Of a DNA stretch of 64,000 bases, positions 1 to 10,205 are shown piece after piece. Location of the stretch: assembly GCA_965261975.1 (NCBI GenBank), contig CBDHEC010000017.1, positions 1 through 64,000 on the forward strand, in the 5' to 3' direction. This stretch comes from Alphaproteobacteria bacterium (GTDB lineage: Bacteria > Pseudomonadota > Alphaproteobacteria > UBA6615). The notes below the pieces were generated by a model. The model worked only from the letters and a program-made list of their open reading frames with translations. It searched no databases and had not been told where the DNA came from. Position numbers and translations under genes: made by a program. Within the stretch, counting starts at the first letter, position 1, and the number at the start of each line of letters is the position of its first letter.

Positions 1-81
1 GGTTATAATCTGATCATCTCCGTGATCCTCGCGGCGGCGTCCGCGTGGGCGGCACAGGGTTTCTGGCGAAAGACGGCATGA
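1..81 (+). CDS. dsbB: 3' end of probable disulfide bond formation protein B (DsbB family), truncated by window edge
   Basis: Frame 1 reads GYNLIISVILAAASAWAAQGFWRKTA*, resembling the last TM helix of alphaproteobacterial DsbB; its TGA overlaps the coq7 ATG (ATGA). Confidence 0.55.
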   Translation, partial: GYNLIISVILAAASAWAAQGFWRKTA

Positions 82-653
82 GCGATACAGATTCCAAACG
101 ACCCCGAAAGACCGGCGACGATCGCCTCCCCGGCGATCCGGACCGGGAGACCCTGATCGAACGGATGATCCGGGTGGACCATGCCGGCGAGTTCGGCGCG
201 GCGCGGATCTATGCCGGCCAGCTCGCGGTGCTGGGCAAGCATCCGGTCGGCGACACCATCCGGCACATGGCCGACCAGGAAAAGAAGCATCTCGAGGCCT
301 TCGACAAGCTGATCGTCGAACGGCGGGTGCGCCCGACGCTCCTGTCGCCCGTCTGGCATGCCGCCGGTTTCGCGCTGGGCGCGGCCACGGCGGCGATGGG
401 CGAGAAGGCCGCCATGGCCTGCACCGTCGCGGTCGAGGATGTCATCCAGGAGCATTATGCCGACCAGTCCGAACAGCTCGGCGAGGACGAGGCCGAGCTA
501 CGCGACCTGATCGACGAGTTCCGTGCCGAGGAAATCGAGCACAAGGAAACCGGCCTCGCCCATGACGCGGAAGCCACGCCGGGCTATCGGGTGATGTCGG
601 AATTCATCAAGACCGGCACCCGCGCGGCCATCTGGCTGTCGACGCGCGTGTGA
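78..653 (+). CDS. coq7: Demethoxyubiquinone hydroxylase (Coq7, di-iron)
   Basis: RVDHAGEFGAARIYAGQ, E-x-x-H iron ligands, AMACTVAVE..I.EHY; ATG at 78. Confidence 0.93.
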   Translation: MSDTDSKRPRKTGDDRLPGDPDRETLIERMIRVDHAGEFGAARIYAGQLAVLGKHPVGDTIRHMADQEKKHLEAFDKLIVERRVRPTLLSPVWHAAGFALGAATAAMGEKAAMACTVAVEDVIQEHYADQSEQLGEDEAELRDLIDEFRAEEIEHKETGLAHDAEATPGYRVMSEFIKTGTRAAIWLSTRV

Positions 654-670
654 CGCGCCAGATCGACTTC

Positions 671-1231
671 CTACTCGTCCAGCTCGGTATCCCAGTAGAG
701 ATAATCCCGCCAGCTCTCGTGCAGGAAGTTCGGCGGGAAGGCGCGGCCATTCTCGATCAGCTCCCAGGTGTCGGGCTGGCGCGGCTTGCTCAGCAGATGC
801 ATGCCCGCTTCTTCCGGGGTGCGGTTCGCCTTCGCCAGATTATACGCCCCCGACGCGGTCACCACATTTTCCCAGCAGGTGCGCCCACCGCGTGAGCGGG
901 GGATCACATGATCGAAGGTCAGTTCATGGGCCGGCAGGCGCTGGCCGGAGTACTGGCAAGTGAAGCGGTCACGCAGGAACACATTGAAACGGGTGAAGGC
1001 GGGCTTGTCCGCGGGGCGGACATACTCCTTGAGGGAGACGACGCTGGGCAGGGGAATTTCGAGGTTTGGCGAACGGATCACCCGGTCATATTCGGCGACC
1101 GTGTTGACCCGGCCCATCAGGGTCGCCTTCACGGCATCCTGCCAGGGCCAGACAGACAAGGGGAAATAGCTCAGCGGGCGGAAATCCGCGTTGAGCACGA
1201 GTGCCGGACATTGTTCCAGCGCGACGTCCAT
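671..1231 (-). CDS. HNH endonuclease (McrA-like)
   Basis: LVLNADFRPLS, FTRFNVFLRDRFTCQY, LTFDHVIPRSRGG..WENVV...N..K. Confidence 0.9.
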   Translation of the reverse strand: MDVALEQCPALVLNADFRPLSYFPLSVWPWQDAVKATLMGRVNTVAEYDRVIRSPNLEIPLPSVVSLKEYVRPADKPAFTRFNVFLRDRFTCQYSGQRLPAHELTFDHVIPRSRGGRTCWENVVTASGAYNLAKANRTPEEAGMHLLSKPRQPDTWELIENGRAFPPNFLHESWRDYLYWDTELDE

Positions 1232-1347
1232 CCTTGCCCTCCCGGAGGTGACCCTCAGCGGATCAATTCAAAGATTAAGCAACAAACTCCGATTCTCATC
1301 AAAACCTCGTCGGCCAACTGTCCCACCTGTTCGCATGATTGTCCAAC

Positions 1348-2010
1348 TCAGTCGGCTGCAAACGCCCGAGCCAGAACCGCGACGGCGCGGCCAACACCAT
1401 CATCGTCGATGCCGTGACCCAACCCCGGTCGCGAGATCGCTTCGACCGAGACACCCACATCACGCAGGGCCGTTTCGGCCATCCCGAGTGCGGCGTGGGG
1501 CACGACCTCGTCGGCCTCGCCATGCACCAGCAAGACCGGCGGGCGAGCGGTGATCTCGTCGGCGAGACTGTCGGCCGCCGCCAGCATGCCCGAATAACCA
1601 AGCACCGCCGCGGGTGCCGCCGCGCGCCGCATCCCGATGTGCAGCGCCATCATGCAGCCCTGGCTGAAACCGAACAGCGCGAGGTCGCCATCGCCGAGGC
1701 CATGGCGTTGCAGATGATGATCGAGAAACGCGTCGACCGCCGGGGCCACGCCGCGTACCCCCGCGGCGATATTCTCGGGCGAACAATCCGTCAGGCTGAA
1801 CCATTGCAGGCCGAAGGGCGCCCCCTCGCAGGGATCGGGCGCATCCGGGGCCAGGAAGAGCGCGTCGGGCAAATCGCCCGCGAGCATCGGTGCCAGGCCG
1901 ATCAGGTCGTTGCCGTCCGCCCCGCGCCCGTGGAGCAACACGACGAGCTGCCTGGGCGGGTTGCCAGATGCGGGGCCGTAGCTTGGGCCGGTCAGTTGCG
2001 GTTCGGTCAT
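1348..2010 (-). CDS. Phospholipase/carboxylesterase (alpha/beta hydrolase)
   Basis: LLHGRGADG, GFSQG nucleophile elbow, HGEADEVV, GHGI; start MTEPQL at 2010. Confidence 0.9.
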   Translation of the reverse strand: MTEPQLTGPSYGPASGNPPRQLVVLLHGRGADGNDLIGLAPMLAGDLPDALFLAPDAPDPCEGAPFGLQWFSLTDCSPENIAAGVRGVAPAVDAFLDHHLQRHGLGDGDLALFGFSQGCMMALHIGMRRAAAPAAVLGYSGMLAAADSLADEITARPPVLLVHGEADEVVPHAALGMAETALRDVGVSVEAISRPGLGHGIDDDGVGRAVAVLARAFAAD

Positions 2011-2041
2011 GGTCTGCTCTTTCGTCTCGTGGTTCGGCCCA

Positions 2042-2617
2042 TCATATCGCGTCGATGCGGTAGGCGTGCCAGAGCAGCCGCGCCGCCGCACTGCGCCAGG
2101 GTCGCCATTTCTGCTCGGCCTCCTTGCGCAACTGCCCCGGGGTCCAGCGGGTGCCGTCGCCCAGATGTTTGCCCGCCGAGGCGACGAGCGCCAGGTCATC
2201 CGCCGGCATGATGTCGGGTCGGCCGAGCGCGAACAGCAGGTAGACCTCCGCGCTCCAGCGGCCGATCCCCTTGAGCGCCACCAGCGCGTCGATCGCGGTG
2301 TCGTCGTCCTGCTTGCGAAGCCCGTTGAGATCGAGACCGCCGGATACGATCGCCTCCGCCAGGCCCCGGGCGTAGACGATCTTCTGCCGGCTGAGCCCGT
2401 GGCCGCGGAGATTCTCGTCGTCCTGGACGATGAACGCCGCCGGGTCCTTGGTGATGCCCGCGACCTCCATGCGCTTCCAGATGGCCGCCGCCGCATGGGT
2501 CGAGAGCTGCTGGCCGACGATCACCCGCAGCAGGGTCGCGAAGCCGGGCGCACGCGCGCGCGGGTCGAGCGCCGCGAGTTCTTCAAGCCCCGCCTCTAGC
2601 CGTTTGCGTGTTTTCAT
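2042..2617 (-). CDS. DNA-3-methyladenine glycosylase II (AlkA/HhH-GPD family)
   Basis: IVGQQLS, GLSRQK, HhH LKGIGRWSAE, PADDL, WRPWRS. Confidence 0.85.
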   Translation of the reverse strand: MKTRKRLEAGLEELAALDPRARAPGFATLLRVIVGQQLSTHAAAAIWKRMEVAGITKDPAAFIVQDDENLRGHGLSRQKIVYARGLAEAIVSGGLDLNGLRKQDDDTAIDALVALKGIGRWSAEVYLLFALGRPDIMPADDLALVASAGKHLGDGTRWTPGQLRKEAEQKWRPWRSAAARLLWHAYRIDAI

Positions 2618-2700
2618 CGCATCATCACCTTGTAAACGCCCGCGCATTGACCCCGATTGCAGCGCCAAGATCAACCCGGACCCCCAATGAACCACCTCTC

Positions 2701-3606
2701 ATGAGTGAACAAAGCACCGCCGAAACGCTCACCACCCGCTTCGCGCCCTCGCCGACCGGCCTGCTGCATCTGGGGCACGCCTATTCCGCCCTGTTCGCGG
2801 CACGTCTGGCAAGCGCGGCCGAGGGCCGTTTCATCCTGCGCATCGAGGACATCGATCCGGGACGCTGCCGCCCGGAGTTCGAGGACGCGATCATCGAGGA
2901 CATGGCCTGGCTGGGGCTTGAATGGGCCCAGCCGGTCTGGCGGCAGTCGGAGCGGATGGACGAATATGCGGGAGCGTTGGAGACCCTCGACGAGATGGGT
3001 CTGCTCTATCCATGCTTCTGCACTCGCAAGGATATCGCCGCAGAGATCGCCCGGTCCGGGGCGGCGCCGCATCTGACCCATGACGGCCCCGACGGCCCTG
3101 TGTACCCCGGAATCTGTAAATCGCTCGACGCGGAAACCCGCGCGGCGCGGATCGCCGACGGCGAGCCCCACGCCCTGCGCCTCGACATGGACGCCGCGAT
3201 CGCCCGGGCCGGGACGCTTGCCTGGCATGACCGGTCACGCGGCGAACAGACCGCCGAACCGGAAATCTTCGGCGACGTGGTGCTCGCCCGCAAGGATGTG
3301 GCGACCAGCTACCACCTGGCGGTGACCGTCGACGATGCGGCCCAGGGGGTCACCCTGGTGACCCGCGGCACGGATCTTTTCGCTGCGACCCACATCCACC
3401 GCCTGCTCCAGGCGCTGCTCGGCCTCGACGTGCCCGAATGGCACCACACGCCCCTGTTGGCCAACAGCGACGGTGAGCGCCTGGCCAAGCGGGACAAGGC
3501 ATTTACCCTGCGCGCCATGCGCGAAGCGGGCACCGATCCGGACGAGATCTGGGCGATGGCGATCCGCCAGATCGCCCGGGGCGCGGCGAACGCCAACGAA
3601 TTGTGA
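2701..3606 (+). CDS. gluQ: Glutamyl-Q tRNA(Asp) synthetase
   Basis: RFAPSPTGLLHLGH, LRIEDID, YPCFCTR, YHLAVTVDD, RLAKR; ~300 aa without an anticodon-binding domain. Confidence 0.92.
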   Translation: MSEQSTAETLTTRFAPSPTGLLHLGHAYSALFAARLASAAEGRFILRIEDIDPGRCRPEFEDAIIEDMAWLGLEWAQPVWRQSERMDEYAGALETLDEMGLLYPCFCTRKDIAAEIARSGAAPHLTHDGPDGPVYPGICKSLDAETRAARIADGEPHALRLDMDAAIARAGTLAWHDRSRGEQTAEPEIFGDVVLARKDVATSYHLAVTVDDAAQGVTLVTRGTDLFAATHIHRLLQALLGLDVPEWHHTPLLANSDGERLAKRDKAFTLRAMREAGTDPDEIWAMAIRQIARGAANANEL

Positions 3607-3618
3607 AACGGGGTCCGG

Positions 3619-4470
3619 TCAGGCCCAGGCGCGCAGGCCCTTTATCAACCGCGCATAGTCGGGATGTTCGGGCGCGATCAGGCCGTGGCGGATCGCGAAA
3701 TCGATGATCACCAGGTTGACGTTGAACTTGAACTCGTCGGTCTCGTCGATCACCCGAAGTGCCTGCTGCACGGGCCACTTCACGAAGCCGCTCACCTCGC
3801 CATCGGTGTTCACGGGCTCGAAATCCGCCGGCAGCTTCAGGTCATAGACGAACAGCATGTCGCGCCGGATGCCCATCTTGGTGTCGAGCACATAGCTGAT
3901 CACCCCGGCGGGCCGGGCCGTCTGCGCCAGCGCTTCGGGCACCGAGGCTTCCTCGGCGGCTTCCTTGATGACGTTTTCCATCAAACTCAGCCCGACCGGC
4001 AGGCCGCCGGCGACCATATTGTCGAGCTTGCCGGGTGCCACCTCGCGGTTCTTCGAGCGCACCCCGATCCACAGTTCGGGACCGTCCGCGGTTTCGACAT
4101 AGCCGTTCACATGAACCCCGTATGAGACGACGCCGAAGGGCTCGAGCCAGGCCCGGTCGATCCGCATCAGGGTCTCGCCGCCGAAACGCGTCGACACCGG
4201 GCAGAGCTCCTTGCGGTTTCGCGGCAGCGCCTGTTTGACCACCAGGGCGGCACCCGCCTCGGCGAGCGCGCGCGAACGTTCCTCCACATCCTTGAGGCTT
4301 TCGAGGATCGCCACCTCGTTATCGGTGACCTTGAAGTAATGGCCCCAGCGGGTCATGAGCTCCGCGAGGTCACGGCGCACCCAGCCGACCTGCACGCCGC
4401 CCACGCTGAACGGCAGCCGGCCGTCGAAGCTGTGAGCGTTGCACGCCTTGATATGGTCGTAGAGGCCCAT
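3619..4470 (-). CDS. NUDIX hydrolase with DUF4743-like N-terminus
   Basis: YGVHVNGY, PGKLDNMVAGG, Nudix box KEAAEEAS, NTDGEV. Confidence 0.85.
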   Translation of the reverse strand: MGLYDHIKACNAHSFDGRLPFSVGGVQVGWVRRDLAELMTRWGHYFKVTDNEVAILESLKDVEERSRALAEAGAALVVKQALPRNRKELCPVSTRFGGETLMRIDRAWLEPFGVVSYGVHVNGYVETADGPELWIGVRSKNREVAPGKLDNMVAGGLPVGLSLMENVIKEAAEEASVPEALAQTARPAGVISYVLDTKMGIRRDMLFVYDLKLPADFEPVNTDGEVSGFVKWPVQQALRVIDETDEFKFNVNLVIIDFAIRHGLIAPEHPDYARLIKGLRAWA

Positions 4471-4495
4471 CGCGTCCTACCGCCACCAACAGGGT

Positions 4496-4804
4496 TCAGG
4501 CGCGGGCGGCGCGTCGTTTTTCCGAGACCAGCACCTGGGAGACGCCGAACATGGCCCGCATGGCCGCGGCCATCTGGGTGGCCAGCGCCTGATCGATGTC
4601 ACCCGATTCGATGTCGATATCGACATAGGTCCCGCTCGTCTCGTCGCGCACGCCGTGCCACCGGTCGGGCAGCAGGCCGCGCTTCGCCCAAAGTTCCATC
4701 AGACGCGGCATCATACCCGGATCGGCGACGGCCCGGACCGAGAAACAGTGAACCGCGTCGGTTCGTTCTTCAGATTGAGTATGCGGGTGATTGTGTAAGG
4801 ACAT
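4496..4804 (-). CDS. Small ACT-like domain protein (hypothetical)
   Basis: CFSVRAVADPGMMPRLMELWAKRGLLP...VSQVLV; pattern resembles a stand-alone ACT domain. Confidence 0.6.
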   Translation of the reverse strand: MSLHNHPHTQSEERTDAVHCFSVRAVADPGMMPRLMELWAKRGLLPDRWHGVRDETSGTYVDIDIESGDIDQALATQMAAAMRAMFGVSQVLVSEKRRAARA

Positions 4805-5018
4805 TGTGAACGGACTCCATTTGAATTGACGTTACGTAGGCATGCGCTCCCGGCCGCCGCCCCGTAAGTCGGGCGTACGCCGGGCCGTCAATAAGAATGG
4901 TCCGCATTCCGTTCATGGCGCGGAACCTACAAATCCGCACCCGCGGGGTCAAGAATTCCGTAAATTCCCGCACCCGCGCCCCTCGTCACGGGTGATCGGT
5001 GTCGATATGATCGCGGCC

Positions 5019-5219
5019 ATGAAGACCTTGTCCATTCTCCTCGCCATCGCGCTGGCGGCCGTCATGGCGGTCCTGATTGTCGGCCTTGTCGCCATGGCGC
5101 GCGGCGGTGAATTCAACCGCAAATACGGCAACAAGCTGATGCGCGCGCGCGTGGCGCTGCAGGCGGCCGCGATCGTGCTGTTCCTGCTGTTCGTGCTCGC
5201 GGCGAGCCAGGGCAACTGA
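5019..5219 (+). CDS. Twin transmembrane helix small protein (HIG1 domain)
   Basis: Two TM helices around GGEFNRKYGNKLMRARVALQ. Confidence 0.85.
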   Translation: MKTLSILLAIALAAVMAVLIVGLVAMARGGEFNRKYGNKLMRARVALQAAAIVLFLLFVLAASQGN

Positions 5220-5229
5220 GGCGCGAGGC

Positions 5230-5814
5230 ATGGTCCAGCTCACCAAGATCTACACCCGCGGCGGCGACGGCGGCGACACCTCGCTGGGGTCCGGCGACCG
5301 GGTGGCCAAGCACGATCTGCGGGTCGCCGCCTACGGCACCGTGGACGAGGCCAATGCGGTGATCGGGCTGGCCCGGCTGCACACCGGCGATGCCCCCGAA
5401 ACCGACGCGATGCTCCGGCGCATCCAGAACGACCTGTTCGATCTCGGCGCCGACCTCTGCACGCCCGAGGGGGATGCCCGCGCGGCCAGCAAATCAGAGG
5501 GCGCGTTGCGCATCGTCGCGGAACAGGTGGACCGCCTCGAAGCGGAGATCGACGCCATCAACGAGGGTCTCGAACCCCTCACCTCGTTCATCCTGCCCGG
5601 CGGCACCCCCGCGGCCGCGCAGCTGCACCTGGCCCGCACCGTGGTGCGCCGCGCCGAGCGGCTGATGACCGAGCTGGCGACGAACGAGGCCGTCAATGCC
5701 CACGCGCTGAAATACGCCAACCGCCTGTCGGATCACCTGTTCGTGCTGGCGCGCGCGCTCAACGACGGCGGCAAGGCCGACATCCTCTGGGAGCCCGGCC
5801 AGACCCGCGGATGA
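5230..5814 (+). CDS. ATP:cob(I)alamin adenosyltransferase (PduO/MMAB type)
   Basis: KIYTRGGDGG.T, YGTVDEAN, FILPGG, ARTVVRRAER, NRLSDHLF. Confidence 0.93.
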   Translation: MVQLTKIYTRGGDGGDTSLGSGDRVAKHDLRVAAYGTVDEANAVIGLARLHTGDAPETDAMLRRIQNDLFDLGADLCTPEGDARAASKSEGALRIVAEQVDRLEAEIDAINEGLEPLTSFILPGGTPAAAQLHLARTVVRRAERLMTELATNEAVNAHALKYANRLSDHLFVLARALNDGGKADILWEPGQTRG

Positions 5815-5896
5815 ACCGGTTTTTTCAACGTAATATCAATAGCTTGCGAACCAGGCACACCAACCGGCGCCTGGCGCAGACACCCGCGGCGACGCC

Positions 5897-6517
5897 CTAG
5901 AAGATGAAGTCATCCTCGTGGAGTTCGGCCTTCTGCACGCCGATCAGGGTGACGCTGTCGCTGCCGTTGAAGTCGATCAATGTGTCGGCCCCGACATCGG
6001 TCGTTGATGCCAGCAGGTCCGCCAGGTCGGTGAAGCCGAACGACGAGACGTCGATCTGATCATCGCTGCCGGCGCCTGCTTCGAAGTCCGTGATCGTATC
6101 GTCACTGTCATTGACCGCAAAGTCGAACAGATCGTCGCCATCGCCGCCCGTCAGGAAGTCGAAACCTTTGCCGCCGACGATGGTATCATCGCCCGCACCG
6201 CCATCCAGCGTATCGGCACCGTTAACGCCATCGAGGGTATCGTTGCCTTCACCGCCGAGCAGGATATCCGCCCCCTGATTACCGGTGAGATTATCGTCAC
6301 CGGCGCCGCCGATAAGGACATCATTGCCGGAACCGCCGTGGATCGTATCGTCGCCCCGGCCGCCCTTCAGCTTGTCGTCGCCGCCGCGGCCGAAGATCGT
6401 GTCGTTCCCGTCGCGGCCGTCGATGTAGTCGCGGCCGGCGTCGCCTACCAGATGATCGTCCGAATTTGTGCCCTTGGTCTTGTTGAACTTGTGGCTCTTC
6501 TTGTTCTTCCTGGACAT
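5897..6517 (-). CDS. RTX-like calcium-binding protein (GGxGxD repeats)
   Basis: Tandem nonapeptide repeats ([36 protein letters not shown]...), DTITDF and C-terminal DDFIF typical of type I secretion substrates. Confidence 0.85.
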   Translation of the reverse strand: MSRKNKKSHKFNKTKGTNSDDHLVGDAGRDYIDGRDGNDTIFGRGGDDKLKGGRGDDTIHGGSGNDVLIGGAGDDNLTGNQGADILLGGEGNDTLDGVNGADTLDGGAGDDTIVGGKGFDFLTGGDGDDLFDFAVNDSDDTITDFEAGAGSDDQIDVSSFGFTDLADLLASTTDVGADTLIDFNGSDSVTLIGVQKAELHEDDFIF

Positions 6518-6665
6518 CTGGCGCCCCCCCACCAAAAAAACGAAGTGATGGTTCCCCAACCAACGCTTCGGTGCTCCGCGATGGGGCGGTATCGATGTGC
6601 CCCGGATCGGTATCAATGTATTAGCTCCTAAGTACCAGCTTCCCGGACCCGGAGATATGAAAATC

Positions 6666-6681
6666 CTAACAATTGGTTAAC
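6666..6681 (-). promoter_or_regulatory. CtrA-box-like site upstream of RTX gene
   Basis: CTAA-CAATTGG-TTAAC, one mismatch to TTAA-N7-TTAAC. Confidence 0.4.
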
Positions 6682-6883
6682 GGCCCAATGCGCGGCCGCG
6701 GGGTGCCGGCCTGAGGTGCCGAATCCCGTTTGCTCATGCCGTGAGAGCGTCGCACCGATGAATTGACTCCGTTCCGCCCGTTCGGCATGTTGCAGTGCGA
6801 AAAACAACGAAACGCTATGGCAGACGGGGCTTTCATGCGTATTCCCCGCATTGTCAGAACCATGATCGCGAACGGATAAACCC

Positions 6884-7633
6884 ATGAAATTGCTGATCCC
6901 CGTCAAGCGGGTCATCGACTACAACGTCAAGGTGCGCGTCAAATCCGACGGCACCGGCGTCGAGACGTCGAATGTCAAAATGTCGATGAACCCTTTCGAT
7001 GAAATCGCCGTCGAAGAGGCCGTGCGCCTGAAGGAAGCCGGCAAGGCCGAAGAGGTCATCGCCGTGTCCCTGGGCGTCGCCCAGTGCCAGGAGACAATCC
7101 GCACCGCGCTGGCGATGGGGGCGGACCGCGGCATCCATGTGGCAAGCGACGATGACCTGGAACCGCTGGCGGTCGCCAAACTGCTCAAGGCCCTGGTCGA
7201 TCGCGAATCGCCCGAGCTGGTGATCCTCGGCAAGCAGGCGATCGATGATGATTCCAACCAGACCGGGCAGATGCTCGCCGCCCTTCTGGGCTGGCCCCAG
7301 GCGACCTTCGCCTCCGAGCTCGAACTCGGCGACGGCACCGCGAAGGTGACCCGCGAGATCGACGGCGGGCTCGAGACCATCGACATCAACCTGCCGGCGA
7401 TCGTCACCACCGATTTGCGCCTCAACGAGCCGCGCTATGCTTCGCTGCCCAACATCATGAAGGCGAAGAAGAAGCCGATCGACGAGCTCACGCCCGACGA
7501 GCTGGGTGTCGACGTCGCACCGCGCCTGGAGACCCTCAAGGTCGAGGAACCGGCCGGGCGCGAGGCCGGAGTGATGGTCGAGACCGTCGCCGAACTCGTC
7601 GACAAGCTGAAGAACGAAGCGAGGGTCATCTGA
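6884..7633 (+). CDS. etfB: Electron transfer flavoprotein beta subunit
   Basis: [49 protein letters not shown]. Confidence 0.97.
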   Translation: MKLLIPVKRVIDYNVKVRVKSDGTGVETSNVKMSMNPFDEIAVEEAVRLKEAGKAEEVIAVSLGVAQCQETIRTALAMGADRGIHVASDDDLEPLAVAKLLKALVDRESPELVILGKQAIDDDSNQTGQMLAALLGWPQATFASELELGDGTAKVTREIDGGLETIDINLPAIVTTDLRLNEPRYASLPNIMKAKKKPIDELTPDELGVDVAPRLETLKVEEPAGREAGVMVETVAELVDKLKNEARVI

Positions 7634-8586
7634 TGGCTATTCTCGTCATTGCCGAACATGACAACGCCACCCTCAAGCCCGCGACCCTGAATACGGTCAT
7701 GGCCGCAAGCCAGCTGTCCGACGCAGGCGCCGGCGATGTCACCGTCCTGGTCGCCGGGTCGGGCTGCGCCGCGGTCGGCGAAGCCGCCGCCGCCATCGAC
7801 GGCGTTGCCAAGGTGCTGGTCGCCGACGATGCCGGGCTCGAACACGGGCTCGCGGAAAATCTGGCTGCCCTTGTGACCGGCATGGCCGGGGATTACTCCC
7901 ATGTGCTCGCTCCCGCCACGACATCGGGCAAGAACTTCATGCCCCGGGTCGCAGCAACCCTCGATCTGCAGCAGATCTCCGAGATCAGCGCCGTGGTGGA
8001 TGCCGATACCTTCGTGCGGCCGATCTACGCCGGCAACGCGATGGCCACGGTCAAATCTTCGGACGCGACCAAGATCATCACCGTGCGCATCACCACCTTC
8101 GACGCCGCACCGGCCACGGGTGGCAGCGCCGCCATCGAGGCGGCATCGGGCGCGGCGGATTCGGGCCTCTCCAGGTTTGTCAGTCGCGAGGAATCCGGCG
8201 GCGACCGGCCGGAGCTCACCGCCGCACGCGTGGTGATTTCGGGCGGCCGCGGCATGGCATCTGGCGAAAATTACGCCCTGATCGAGCCCATCGCCGACAA
8301 GCTCGGGGCCGCTATGGGCGCCTCGCGGGCCGCCGTCGATGCGGGCTTCGTGCCGAACGACTGGCAGGTCGGCCAGACCGGCAAGGTCGTGGCGCCGGAG
8401 CTCTACATCGCAATCGGTATTTCCGGCGCGATCCAGCATCTCGCCGGCATGAAGGATTCAAAAGTGATCGTTGCGATCAACAAGGACGAGGAAGCGCCGA
8501 TCTTCCAGGTCGCCGACTATGGTCTGGTCGCCGACCTGTTCAAGGCACTGCCCGAGCTCGACGCCGAGCTTGAGAAGCAGGGCTGA
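7633..8586 (+). CDS. etfA: Electron transfer flavoprotein alpha subunit
   Basis: [45 protein letters not shown]. Confidence 0.97.
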   Translation: MAILVIAEHDNATLKPATLNTVMAASQLSDAGAGDVTVLVAGSGCAAVGEAAAAIDGVAKVLVADDAGLEHGLAENLAALVTGMAGDYSHVLAPATTSGKNFMPRVAATLDLQQISEISAVVDADTFVRPIYAGNAMATVKSSDATKIITVRITTFDAAPATGGSAAIEAASGAADSGLSRFVSREESGGDRPELTAARVVISGGRGMASGENYALIEPIADKLGAAMGASRAAVDAGFVPNDWQVGQTGKVVAPELYIAIGISGAIQHLAGMKDSKVIVAINKDEEAPIFQVADYGLVADLFKALPELDAELEKQG

Positions 8587-8628
8587 CCAGGAACGACCGG
8601 CAACACGAACCATCCAGGACACAGAACA

Positions 8629-9501
8629 ATGCTGAACAAGATAGGCGTCATCGGCGCCGGCCAGATGGGCAGCGGCATCGCCCATGTCTGCGCGCTGGCG
8701 GAACATGACGTGGTCATCGTCGATATCGATGCCGAAGCACTCGAAAAATCCCTTGGCCGGATCGACTCCAACATGGAGCGCCAGGTCAAACGCACCCTGA
8801 TCGCGGAAGAGGACAAGGCGGAGGCGCTTGCGCGGATTACCACCGCCACGGGGCTCGACGCCCTGTCGGATTGCGATCTGGTGATCGAGGCCGCAACGGA
8901 GGACGAAGGCACGAAGGTCAAGATCTTCGAAGCACTTTGCCCCCATTTGAAGGACGGCGCGCTGATCGCCTCGAACACCTCGTCGATTTCGATCACGCGC
9001 CTGGCCACGGCCACCGACCGACCGGAAAAATTCATGGGCATGCATTTCATGAACCCGGTCCCGATGATGAAGCTCGTCGAGCTCATCCGCGGCCTGGCGA
9101 CAGACGATGCCACCTTCACGGCCGTCCAGGAGCTGACGAAGAAGCTCGGCAAGACGGGCACGGTGTCGGAAGATTTCCCGGCCTTCATCGTCAACCGCAT
9201 CCTGCTGCCGATGATCAACGAGGCGGTCTACACGCTCTATGAAGGCGTGGGGAACGTGGACTCGATCGACACCTCGATGAAGCTCGGCGCGAACCACCCG
9301 ATGGGCCCGTTCGAGCTGGCCGACTTCATCGGCCTCGACACCTGCCTGGCGGTCATGCAGGTGCTCTATGAGGGCCTGGCGGACACCAAGTACCGTCCCT
9401 GCCCGCTGCTGGTGAAATATGTCGAGGCCGGCTGGCTGGGTCGCAAGACCGGTCGCGGCTTCTACGATTATTCGGGAGACGAACCGGTCGCGACGCGATA
9501 G
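8629..9501 (+). CDS. hbd: 3-hydroxybutyryl-CoA dehydrogenase
   Basis: [39 protein letters not shown]. Confidence 0.93.
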   Translation: MLNKIGVIGAGQMGSGIAHVCALAEHDVVIVDIDAEALEKSLGRIDSNMERQVKRTLIAEEDKAEALARITTATGLDALSDCDLVIEAATEDEGTKVKIFEALCPHLKDGALIASNTSSISITRLATATDRPEKFMGMHFMNPVPMMKLVELIRGLATDDATFTAVQELTKKLGKTGTVSEDFPAFIVNRILLPMINEAVYTLYEGVGNVDSIDTSMKLGANHPMGPFELADFIGLDTCLAVMQVLYEGLADTKYRPCPLLVKYVEAGWLGRKTGRGFYDYSGDEPVATR

Positions 9502-9522
9502 CCGACAAATAATATCCGGAAC

Positions 9523-9558
9523 AAGAAGGGCGCCTGTGAAGATCGCGGCGCCCTTTTT
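9523..9558. terminator. Intrinsic, probably bidirectional terminator between hbd and tlpA
   Basis: AAGGGCGCC...GGCGCCCTT stem with T-run on + and A-rich flank upstream. Confidence 0.75.
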
Positions 9559-9577
9559 CATTGCGTACCAGCGGCGC

Positions 9578-10153
9578 CTAGCTGCCGCTCGCCTTGTCGA
9601 TGTACCAGTTCACCAGATCGAGCGCCTCGGGTGAATCCCACTCGGCCGAACCGACCAGCCGGCCCACTTCCATGCCGTCGGCGTCGATCAGGATCGTTGT
9701 CGGCAGGGACACCACGCCGATCGCGCGAGAGAATTTCAGCCGCTCATCGACAAAGTTGTCCGGAAACTCGACCTTGAGCTTCTTCAGGAACCGGTCGGTC
9801 TGCTTGAAACCGCCGCGATCCTGGCTGATCAGGACAACCCGGGCCTTCTCGCCGCCCAGCGCAGTATTCAGCCGTTCCAGCGACGGCAGTTCGCGAATAC
9901 ACGGCCCGCACCAGGTCGCCCAGAAGTTCAGGACCACGAACTTGCCCTTGAACCGGTCGAGCGTGATCGGCCCGTCTTTCTGGGCCAGAACGGGCACATC
10001 GGGGACCGAAAGAGGTTTCGCCAAAGGCTCGTAATTCTGGACCTGGCCCTCGATGGGCGGCCCGGAATCGGCGTTCGCACTGGTTTGCAGGCCCAAAGGT
10101 GCCCACATCACAAGCGCGAGTGCGGAAAAGGTCGTGAACAGAAAAACTTTCAT
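9578..10153 (-). CDS. tlpA: TlpA-family thiol:disulfide oxidoreductase
   Basis: N-terminal [20 protein letters not shown]; divergent from argH; start uncertain (10153 or 10165). Confidence 0.85.
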   Translation of the reverse strand: MKVFLFTTFSALALVMWAPLGLQTSANADSGPPIEGQVQNYEPLAKPLSVPDVPVLAQKDGPITLDRFKGKFVVLNFWATWCGPCIRELPSLERLNTALGGEKARVVLISQDRGGFKQTDRFLKKLKVEFPDNFVDERLKFSRAIGVVSLPTTILIDADGMEVGRLVGSAEWDSPEALDLVNWYIDKASGS

Positions 10154-10205
10154 CCGGCGTATCATATCGTTAAACGTCGCTCCCAGTAATACGAGCCCGA
10201 AAGCC

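Noticed and set aside
671-1231. HNH gene as part of a defence or mobile system
   Set aside because: It has no methylase, cas or mobile neighbours and sits among housekeeping genes.
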